A stretch of 36,798 nt of DNA from Eledone cirrhosa. Its lineage: Eukaryota. Location: contig CAXHJY010000216.1 of the NCBI GenBank assembly GCA_964016885.1, positions 1 to 36,798 on the forward strand, read 5' to 3'. The notes below the pieces were generated by a model. That model did no database searches and was not told the DNA's origin. It saw only the letters and a list, made by a program, of their open reading frames with translations. The translations under genes and the position numbers were made by a program. Every line of letters starts with the position of its first letter. Position 1 is the stretch's first letter. Positions 11,642-23,624 of the stretch are shown piece after piece.

Positions 11642-14600
11642 GATGATAGCGTCATAGTTGTAATGCAGACAGCCAGACATACAGACAGATATTATAGCTA
11701 TGTATCTATCTAAAAAGGCAGACTAAGAAATACAGAGAGAGATCGTTACCGGCGCCTAATGTGGTCTCTAGGGCATTGAAAATTTGAAATATTTTTTCTC
11801 AAAACACTCACAGGACCATAAGTTTTACATGTGTAAAGTTTAAAAACAATCAGTTGGGTGGTTCTCGAGTTTTAGTGAGCTGATAGACAGACAGACATTC
11901 TCTGTTTTAGATATATAGATATATATATAATTATATATTCGTGAACAGATATTTTTGCATACACAAAAACAAAATATAAACAAACGTATTTATTTCACGA
12001 GACTCGACAGCAGCAAAAACAACAAAAAAGAGGGAACGCAATTACATGCTTTTGAAAAATCTTAATGGAAAATTATTTGCCTATTCACCCAAGGCGACTT
12101 CACTTTTTATTAGGACTTCTGCATCAATTGGTGAACATACAACGAAACTGTTTCAGAAAGGAGGGATAAACATGCCAATCTATGTTTAGACTCCCGAGCA
12201 ACACCGGGTCATTCTGCTAGTATATATATATAAAAAAGGGAAAGAGCTGATCATCACTGGGTTTTGCATTGCTGATACTATCTGCAGGTCAAAAGACATG
12301 GCAGAAATATATGCATAATAATACCTACATAAATAACATTGCTAACTTAGTAGTCTTGAGGCAGTGCTGAATATTACTAAACACATTCACAGGTAGCAGA
12401 TGGTGAAATGACCCTTAGCTATAAGGGTCAGCTATGAAATAAGTGGGTTTAACCCACAAATAAGCAATCGTGGAATAGCAGCAGGGGATAGCCAAGAGAG
12501 CAGTGCATTAATGATGGGGTTTGCTTGTCTTAGAAATGTTATAGTGCTCTATAATGGTTTCTTCCAAAGGAGAGTAAAACACTGAGGGAGTGAGAAAAAG
12601 ATATAGAGGAAGAATAGACCCCAGTACTGGACTGGTACTTTTTATCAACCTCAAAAAAAATGAAATGGAAAGTTGACTAGTTATCACCATTACAGGAAGG
12701 CTATAGACATGACCATTACAGGAGGGATGAGGGGCAGGCTATAGACATGACCATTACAGGAAGGGTGAGGGGCAGGCTATAGACATGACCATTACAGGAG
12801 GGGTGAGGGGCAGGCTATAGACATGACCATTACAGGAGGGGTGAGGGGCAGGCTATAGACATGACCATTACAGGAGGGGTGAGGGGCAGGCTATAGACAT
12901 GACCATTACAGGAGGGGTGAGGGGCAGGCTATAGACATGACCATTACAGGAGGGGTGAGGGGCAGGCTATAGACATGACCATTACAGGAGGGATGAGGGG
13001 CAGGCTATAGACATGACCATTACAGGAGGGGTGAGGGGCAGGCTATAGACATGACCATTACAGGAGGGGTGAGGGGCAGGCTATAGACATGACCATTACA
13101 GGAGGGGTGAGGGGCAGGCTATAGACATGACCATTACAGGAGGGGTGAGGGGCAGGCTATAGACATGACCATTACAGGAGGGGTGAGGGGCAGGCTATAG
13201 ACATGACCATTACAGGAGGGATGAGGGGCAGGCTATAGACATGACCATTACAGGAGGGGTGAGGGGCAGGCTATAGACATGACCATTACAGGAGGGGTGA
13301 GGGGCAGGCTATAGACATGACCATTACAGGAGGGGTGAGGGGCAGGCTATAGACATGACCATTACAGGAGGGGTGAGGGGCAGGCTATAGACATGACCAT
13401 TACAGGAGGGGTGAGGGGCAGGCTATAGACATGACCATTACAGGAGGGGTGAGGGGCAGGCTATAGACATGACCATTACAGGAGGGATGAGGGGCAGGCT
13501 ATAGACATGACCATTACAGGAGGGGTGAGGGGCAGGCTATAGACATGACCATTACAGGAGGGGTGAGGGGCAGGCTATAGACATGACCATTACAGGAGGG
13601 GTGAGGGGCAGGCTATAGACATGACCATTACAGGAGGGGTGAGGGGCAGGCTATAGACATGACCATTACAGGAGGGGTGAGGGGCAGGCTATAGACATGA
13701 CCATTACAGGAGGGGTGAGGGGCAGGCTATAGACATGACCATTACAGGAGGGGTGAGGGGCAGGCTATAGACATGACCATTACAGGAAGGGTGAGGGGAA
13801 ACTATAGACACCACCAGCTCTCTACTAAAAACACTGATGTTCTACTGGAACAGATGCAAGGGAACATCTGTAGGACAACTCATAAACTACTGTCTTAAAA
13901 AGTAAAGGAAGGACGCATTTGATATAAGTACACACACACACACACCACACATATATATATATATACACATGCATATACATATATATATACATTCATATAC
14001 ATACACATATATACATACACATATATATGCATATATATAAATATATACACATACATATACATACACCTGTATACATACACATTCATAGACATATATATAA
14101 ATATACACACATACATACACCTGTATACATACACATGCATATACATATATATACACACACACACACATATAAATATACATATGTATCGATAGTCAATCAA
14201 CTTTCGTCAAATCGGACAGAGGAAACAAAGTTTCCATTGGTCTTTCCACTTGCTAATAATATCTGTCGGTCGCAACTCCAGGTAGAAGGAGCAACGTGAA
14301 ATATAGTGATATATATATATATATATATATGCATATATATATAGATATATACACACACATATACATACAAGCCTTTCCAAATGCCAACCACTTTTCAGCA
14401 TCAACGGTACCATTTTTGTTGTGCCACCAGCACTACCACATTACAATGCAGACTGGGTACTTTCTGCTGTGCCACCAGCACTACCACATTACAATGCAGA
14501 CTGGGTACTTTCTGCTGTGCCACCAGCACTACCACATTACAATGCAGACTGGGTGCTTTTTGTTGTGCCACCAGCACTACCACATTACAATGCAGACTGG

Positions 14601-15953
14601 GTACTTTCTGCTGTGCCACCAGCACTACCACATTACAATGCAGACTGGGTGCTTTTTGTTGTGCCACCAGCACTACCACATTACAATGCAGACTGGGTAC
14701 TTTCTGCTGTGCCACCAGCACTACCACATTACAATGCAGACTGGGTGCTTTTTGTTGTGCCACCAGCACTACCACATTACAGAGTGATTGGGTGCTTTTG
14801 TCGTGGCACCAGCACTACATTACAATGCAGACCGGGTGCTTTTTGTTGTGCCACCAGCAATACCACATTACAGGGTGGATTGAATGCATTTTGTTGTGCC
14901 ACCAGTACTACCACACTACAGGGTTGACAGAATGTTTTCTGTCATGACGCAAGCACTACCACCTTCAAATGTGGATTGAGTGCTTTTTGTTGCATCACCA
15001 GAACAGACACTTTAGAGAGCAGACTAGGTACTTACAGGGTAGACTAGGTGCTACCTTATAGGGTGAACTGGGTGCTTTCCATTATGGGACCAACACTACC
15101 ACCTTACAGTGCACAGTGTTTTTCATCATGGTACCAACACACATATATACATATATATATACACATATACATACACACATATATATACACATATACACAC
15201 AAAGACAATGGAAAAAATAACAGAAAGATGGAGAGTCCCATCTCCTCAGTCAACCTCTGAAAATCCCTACGGTTTCGGATATATTAAAGTCGATACCATT
15301 TATTCCAGTGCACACTGGGACATATATATGTAGAGAGAGAGAAAGAGAGAGATAGACATTTCACCTCATCATTTGTTTGCTGCGGGTCTCAGATGTTTCG
15401 GTGCATTAAAAACAATACATCTATCCACAGTGCAATAATAACGTAGAAAGTTATTATGGAAAGAAAAGACACAAAAAAGATAATAGTGAAGAGAGAAAAA
15501 AAAAATAGGATGATAACACCTAGATTGCTTTTAATCAGAAACTTCCTCAGTCAGAGCTATTGTGAGGCAAAACAACAATAACAACAACTATAATATAATG
15601 ATTTTACTAACTTTGTGGCTTTGAGATGTCAGGAATTGTTGGAACACTGACAAGATCTCTTTGTCTTGGCGGTTGTAAATAAAAAGGTTGATTTGGACGT
15701 GGGGCACCTCTTGGGCCAACCCAAAATGATGGTCTAGGAGGGTTAATAGCAGGAGCTTCAGGGTTATAACCCTCAGGTTGGTAAGACTCAACTTGAAATT
15801 GGAAAACAAAAAAATAAAAACAATATATCAATATATGTATATATATATATAGTGGATTCCTGGTTTCAGAGGGCATTATTCCATATTTTACACACACATG
15901 CGCATATATATACACATACACACATGCATATATACATATAAACATACATATAT

Positions 15954-15988
<35 letters not shown>

Positions 15989-17371
15989 AATGCATATATA
16001 CATATATATATATACATATACACATAAATATAAACATGCATATATACATACACACACACATATACACTTATATCCATATATATATATATATATATATTTA
16101 TTCACAGATGAATATATACATATATACATATGTATATATACATATACACATATGAATATATACATATACACATGAATATATACATATACACATGAATATA
16201 TACATATACACATATATACATATACATATGTATATACACATATATACATATGTATATACACATATATACATATGTATATACACATATATACATATGTATA
16301 TACACATATATACATATGTATATACACATGTAATATATACATATACACATGTACACACACACACACACACAAATAGGAACCAGTAGGACCCCGACGGCTG
16401 AGTTCAAGCCGTTTCAACGGCTAATTCTGGACTACTAGTCCAGAATTAGCCGTCGGGTCCTACTCGTTCCTATTACGCACTCTACTACTCTAAGTATTGA
16501 GTACTTTGGTGCGTTATGGTCCATCTGGTTCCCTACCACAAATAGTCGTAGAAAGCCCGCCAGACAGTCCTATGCGAGCAAGACAACCACTCTTGCCTCA
16601 AGTGGGAAAACTCCCGTTCAAACCCATGCAAGTGTGGAAGATGGACGTTAAACGATGATGATGATGATGATGATATATATACATATACACACATATATAT
16701 ATATATACATACATATTACTTATTTGCCAGGTGGTGCTATTATGTTAGACATAGTCAGGGCCAATACTGGCCGAAACATCAGTTAAGTTACATCATCACC
16801 ATCATTTAACGTCCATCTTCCACGCTAGCATGGGTTTTTATATATACGTACACACACACACATATCTATATACATGTACATACATATATCAATATAGACA
16901 CACATACACCTATATATAGACACAAACATAGCTATAGAGACACACACATACGCATATTTATATATATTTCCAAGAGTATTATTCATTATTATTATCCCAA
17001 CCCTTAATTGGATATATCTATAAAACTAGATTATCGTTATCCTCATCAAAGTGATTTAATCTGTACATAATACAACTTCACTATCACTGATTCATTTGAA
17101 ATTAAGAAAAACGTTTAAATCTTTATTACATATTCCCAAATAATGAACAACTAAAATTATTTGATATACCATCCTTTGATGTCTATGTAAACAGTAAATT
17201 ATATTCAAATGATTGTGTGTGTATATATATACAGTATATATATATATACACACACCATCCTTTGAAGATGTGTATGTAAACAATAAATTATATATATATA
17301 TATATATAAATGGAATAGGATGAAACAAAATTTCATTTCTCACTCTTAGTACGGCATACATACATACTTAC

Positions 17372-17419
<48 letters not shown>

Positions 17420-20400
17420 GGAATTTACCATGCTTCATTTTTCAAATGGCAAAATAAATTTGAAGATATTCTTAATATGTATATGTAAATAACAGTAAAA
17501 AATATATTCAAAGTGGCATACATGTCTGCTCTTTTGGAATTTATCGTGCATCATTCCTCAAATTAAAAAATAAATTTTACCACAAAATTATTAATATGCC
17601 ACAACTTGAATTTTTTTTTATTGGAAATATTTCCATTTCTAAAATATTTACCTCATTGGAATCAAATGGTATTAGATTCCCTAAAACATTTAATGTAAAA
17701 TTGTAGCCTTCCTTTTAACAGATCATTATTTCATCAATTCTTAAATTATAGATCACAACATTTTACTGCAGAGGTTGTTAGCAAGATTGATTAGTGTTTC
17801 TTCCTCTGAATTATGCAAAATAGATTCATATTATCATTATAATTTTACATCTGCATTCCAATGCTGGTCTGGTTTCTAAAGCTGGCTGTCCTCCCTAATG
17901 CAAACCACTTTACAAAGTGCACTGGGTGCATTTTATCATGGCTCCAGCACTAAAGAACCTTTCATGTACTTATCATAACTGAAAAGTCCTTTAAACCTTT
18001 TTTAGTAAGGTTTCTACAGCTGGATGTTCTTCCTTACATCAACCACTATACAGAGTGTACCTAGAGTATTTTATTGTGGTGCCAGTGCAAGAGAAACTGT
18101 CATGTTCTTAACATGACTGAAACGTCCTCTAAACAGTTTTTGGCATAGTTTCTGCAGCTCGATGTCCTTCCTAATGTAGACCCCCTTACAGAGGGCACCA
18201 GATGCATTTTATCGTGGTGCCATTAAAATGGCAATGATTATTATATTAAGTTTCCTCATGGGTTTTACCTGTAAAGATTTTAATAAACAATTTCCTGCTA
18301 AATTTCAAACAATAAGTAATACTTAATTCCAGTTCAGCATACATATCTAACACCTAGTCCTTACCTGGTCTAGTAGGTCTTGGTGGTGGACCCCTCGGTC
18401 CTATTTGAGGCATATGTGGAGGTCCAAGAGGAGGTATTCTTGGACCTATGAACCCTGGAGCACCATGAGTAGAAGGTGGGCCTAAAAACAATTTTTTAAA
18501 ATAAAATTAATGCATGAACATAGCTATTTTTTTACACATTTCAGTTCAACACATCTTTAATTTTTTAATTTTTTAGGGGGAGGTCATTAAAATTCCATTC
18601 CCACTCATCAAAATCAAATTGGACAGGGCGCTTTTAGTCATGACATCTACATGACTTTATAGTGTGGACTGGGTGCTTTTAGTTGACATCTACATGACCA
18701 CTTTAAAGGGTGGACTGGGCACTTTTTGATGTGACATCTCCACGACCACTTTATAATGTGGACTGGGAGCTTTTTGCTGTAACATCTACATGACGACTTA
18801 ATGAATTATTTAGAAAACTACTTTTATTTAGAATTTAAGTTGTTCTTTTTTGTTAATCATCAAGGAATTCCCATCTATAAAATTGTTATATTATTCCCAA
18901 CAATTGAAATGAGAACACAAAAAAAGCAACTTTCATTCAGTTGGGTTTCAGTCCCTGTAATTTAAAAGTCAATTTTCAGACAATTATATAATAACAATGG
19001 TGCCAAATTTAGGCACAAGACTAGCATTGGGAGCAAATAAATCAACCTCAGTAGGATTTGAAATCAGAATGTAGAAGGCCATAAAGCATTTCGCCTAATG
19101 TGCTAACAATTCTGCCAATTCATTGTCTTTACAATTATTAAAGAGGATATTTGATGTATCTGTTCCAGCTCTTGCATTCTGAGTTCAAATCCTGCCTCTA
19201 CCAAGAGTTGTAGCCAGTAGATGGCATCAGCAATGGAAAGACCAATGAAAACATTGTTTCCTTGGTTAGATGATTGGCTCCTCTCTTCTGCCAGGAGTTG
19301 TAGACAACAGATAGTTTAAATAATGGAAAGACCAATAGAAACACTGTTTCCTTGGATCAATTTGATAATCAGCTCCGTTCCATTACCTTTTTTTTAATAA
19401 ACATATTTTAAGTTACTAATGCTGAAAGAAAAAAACAAAATAAATCACTTGTTTCTCTCCCTTACCAAACTGATAGTACTTCAGGCACTCTTGGGTCCCC
19501 AAAAACGGAGATGAGGGGGAATAAGTGTGTGTGTGGGGAGGGGAGGGGGGGGGGGTCAGTAATATTTCTAGGGTGCCTCCATTGATTTTTTTTAAAAACC
19601 GGAATTGGTTGGGTAGGAGGGGGGGGGGGGGGGGGGGGGTATTCGAGAGAGTATTTAAACCCTTTCGTGATCATATTTCTAATGACATAACATTGTCTTT
19701 TAATTAATTGATAACTTAGTATAGGCACAAGCATGGCTGCATGGTTAAGGAGTTTACATCGTAACACCATGGTTTCAGCTTGATAGGGTTGACTAGGTGC
19801 TTTTTATTGTGGCACTAGCACTACCACTAGTACACCAGTCCCTATAATTTTGCAATAAAAAGTAGATAATATTAGAAATAAAAAAATATATTCAAATCAA
19901 CATACCATGACCATGAGGAAAGGACAAAACATTCGGTAAATTCACATCTTCAACTATCACAGGGTCTAAACCATGGTCATATGGACAGAGATCACCACGC
20001 ATGCAGTAGCCTTTCTCTGATGGAATAAAAGTAAAACAAATATATTGAATACAATTACATATTTATATGAATTTTATTAACACATTCCTACACAAAACAA
20101 ATACATTATGTTATCTTTTAACATCACAGACTAAGTTAGTGATTTCTCAGATGGGCTGGGACCCATCATGCTCACATATGTTCCTACACTCTACAGAATG
20201 AGAAACACCATGTAAACACGGCACAACACTAAGGAGGTCATCATATCTTTGATACAGCTGGAGAGTTCTCTCTACCCCCTGTTTGCCAAGTTTTCTATGG
20301 CTAGACGCCCTTCTTATCCCCAACCACTTTAAAGAGTATACTGGGTGTCTTTTATATAACACCAACACTTGAGAGGATGTTGTACTCTTGACACAAAAGA

Positions 20401-23268
20401 GTCAACACCTTTTGACATGGTTTCTACAGCTGGATGCCCTTTCTATCACCAGCCATCTTACAGGGTATCCAGGATGTAAAAGTTGTCATTCATCAACACA
20501 ACTGACGAGCTCTCTCTACCCTAGGGCTTGGGGGGAAGGGCATGAAAATATGATAAAAACCTACACTGTAGCCTCAGGTCTCTTACTGTGTTACTAATAG
20601 TGATGCACTGCTTGTACTGGTGAACAGCTCTTTTGTATTATAGCACATCACCAGTCACTTCAGTCCTGGGGCATCTTCTTTGTGGTTGGTGTTAGGAAGG
20701 GCATCTAGTCATTGAAACCAAGCTGGAAATGACTGAAACCATTAAAAAAATAAAAGAAGCCACCAGTACTTACCATCATAGTCTCTGCATCGTGGACGGT
20801 TGCTACCCATATTGAGAGGTGGTGCCGATGGTGGCGGTCCATCAGTAGTAGTAGCAGCAGCAGGTGTGTTTCGGTTGGTGTCCCAATGAGAGACAACAGA
20901 TATAGCACTACTGACTGTGGACACTGAACTGGAACAGCTTGGCACTTGAATGTTAGGTGGTCCCACATTGTAGGTGTTATTATCTTGTAACGGTGTTGAC
21001 CCTCTGCTCTCAACATCTTTACAACCTAAAAAAGAAATGGCAAACAAAAAAAAAGTTGAAATGGTTTCTAGACTTTTTCTTTTCTCTTCCGATTTAACAG
21101 ACAGACTTTTGTTTTCAACAAAGTCTAATGCTTTCTTTACCATGAAAATAATCAAAAATTTCAAACAGTTTAGTAATATAACTTTTCCCTTCAGATTTTA
21201 GCAAGTTTAACCCTTTAGCATTTAAACTGACCATATCCAGCCAGAATTCTCTCACCTCTTTCTGTTCCATCTGGCCACTCATACTGATATTAAGGATGTT
21301 CTCAGAATAAATATCAAAATCTCATAGATTTTGATATTATGTGAGGTAAAGCCTTTACTGTGAAAATACAATAAATATAGAGTAATGCTAAAGGGTTAAA
21401 GCTTTCTTTACCATATTTCTTATGAAAAATACTGCCTATGCATATCAGATAATTTTGAAAAGAACAGAGATTTAGTAATATAATTAACTTGGTGTTTGGA
21501 ACATAAAGATTCTTACATAAAGTTATGATGGAAAGGTTTTTAGATAAATATAAACACTTCAACCCTCTTACAATATTTCTAATGAAAGAAACTGCCTATC
21601 ATTTTCAAATAGTTTTGAAAATATTCAATAATTTAAAGGGATTTAGTAATATAACTAACTTTCTTGGGTTTCATAATATTGATAATAAAGCTGTATGACT
21701 GTAACTCTCAGAGACTTCAGAGAAATTTGTCAAAAATATGTTTATGAGAAAAGAAATTACCTCGTGACCGTGAACGAGATCGAGAACGGGGTGGTGACCA
21801 TGATCGAGAACGTGAACGGACACCAAACGGTCTCGTTACTGGACTTCTTGAACGATCTCTATCTCTGTTTAAATCTCTGCTTGGACGGAGTCTCTCACGG
21901 GACTTCCCCGGTGGACTTTTAGATCGAGATCGCTCCCTACTGCGTCTTCGGTTGAAACGTCTGTCATCATGTCGACGCCTGCGGTCATCTCTGCAAGAGG
22001 ACAAAGAACATTAAATATAGGTTCAAGATTTCAATTCCAGTTTTTAGATGATTTACAGTAAGTGGAAAAACATTTTTCTTTTAAAGATTGTCAAAAACAT
22101 GATTGTTGATCAATAAGCTTTAGCTCTCAACTTCTTAACGAAAAATATATATTAGTAGTAGCAGAATCCTCATCCTCTGGTGCAAGAAATAGAATAGAAG
22201 GTGAAGTAAATGAAAGAAAGGAGTTGAAAGAAAGAAAAAAGGAGATGAAAAAAAAAGAAGAGACAAGAGGAATGTCATGAAAGAAGAAACAAAAGGAAGG
22301 TTGGGTGGACTGGGTGCTATTTTGTCATAATATATATATATGGAACATATGTGCAAGATGAGGTCTCTCAGACCCATCAAGTTAGTAATGGAGCATGACA
22401 GCCCATCTACCTCGTGTCAGCATGGAAAGAGAAGGTAAAATGATATATGTATTATATATCTCACGCTTTCTTTGTACATATATATATGTATATCTGTATA
22501 AATATATATTGTGGAAAGTCAGAAAGTTCACTGTCAAAGCATGTCAATTCAAGTAGCTATTTAAAAATTCCAATTGTTAATAAAATCTAGGCTTGGTTTT
22601 CTAAGACCTTAGCACCAGCACTCCACAGTACCTACTTTATATATGTGTGTGTGTATGTAAGAGAATGGATTAACAAAATATTTACCCAGACCTTCCACCT
22701 CTTGGACTTGAACTACGAGACCGTTTCTTGCGATGCTCTTTATCTTCTTCACTGGGACCCTACAAGAATACAACACAGATTAATTTAAAATGCAACATAC
22801 ACACAAACATCTTTACAATATAGGCAGTATATTGGCCAAGCTGTTAGTGTCAGATTAAATGCCTTGGTATTTGTTCCAACTTACTGGTCAAAACTTTTCA
22901 TAGGAGAAAGGATTTGAACCCAGAAATCACAGAGCTTGATTAGATACCATAAAACATCCCCGCTGAGTCTTTAACAATTCTACCAGTCTACTGCCTTTGG
23001 ACACTTTATTTATTGAACACTGAAAAAAAAATTAAAAGTAAGAATGTCTTTGGTAGGATTTGAACTTAGAGCACAGGAATCCAAAACAAATGCTGACGCT
23101 CTATCAACTCTGAAATGTCTTACTTTGTTGAACTGCTATATTATGGGACATTAGTAAACATAAACAAACACAGAGTCTGATGAGGTTTTTATTCCAGTTG
23201 AGCCCAATCGAACCTTGAGCTGATCAAATGCAAAAATTGAAAATTTGACACCCCGTCCATATTATTAG

Positions 23269-23315
<47 letters not shown>

Positions 23316-23591
23316 TATATAATAATTGTTTCTACCTTTGGCACAAGGCCAGCAATTACCCAGTACATTACTGGTACTTTATTTTATCGACCCCGTAAGG
23401 ATGAAAGGCAAAGTTGACCTCGGCGGGGTTTGAACTCAGAATGGAAAGGGCCGTAACTATGCGTCAAAGCATGGCGTCCGACCCTCTACCGATACTGCCA
23501 ATCCAATACCATATATATATATATAATATATATATATAATAATAATAATATATATATAACACACACGACGTCCAAAACACGACATTAAATG

Positions 23592-23624
<33 letters not shown>

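Larger units (their letters stand above)
10344..12220 (+). mobile_element. Rearranged non-autonomous Helitron: 5' part 10344-10751, 3' end 11921-12220, plus an inverted second 5' part at 11522-11919
   Basis: A|TCTATATAT 5' end at 10344, homologous to the intact copy at 26701. 3' hairpin CCCGAGCAACACCGGG followed by CTAG|T at 12217-12221. Inverted TC end at 11919. Confidence 0.7.

Noticed and set aside
12686-13810. 38-bp array as a CRISPR array
   Set aside because: Units are contiguous and near-identical with no unique spacers, there are no cas genes, and the context is a eukaryotic intron.
14296-14947. Overlapping 124-188 aa repeat-protein ORFs
   Set aside because: They result from a stop-poor 48-bp unit (a multiple of 3). 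There are no splice or promoter cues and the unit derives from a LINE tail.
15866-16417. Many Y/I/H/V/C-rich ORFs (also 13887-14413, 34285-34552, 34959-35321)
   Set aside because: These are translations of TA/CA microsatellites.
21695-21922. Plus-strand ORF (also 23917-24132, 9485-9709, 20974-21201)
   Set aside because: These are antisense shadows of RBM26 exons.
23176-23235. CTGATGAG...CGAAC as a hammerhead
   Set aside because: It has GAAC instead of GAAA and no convincing stems.
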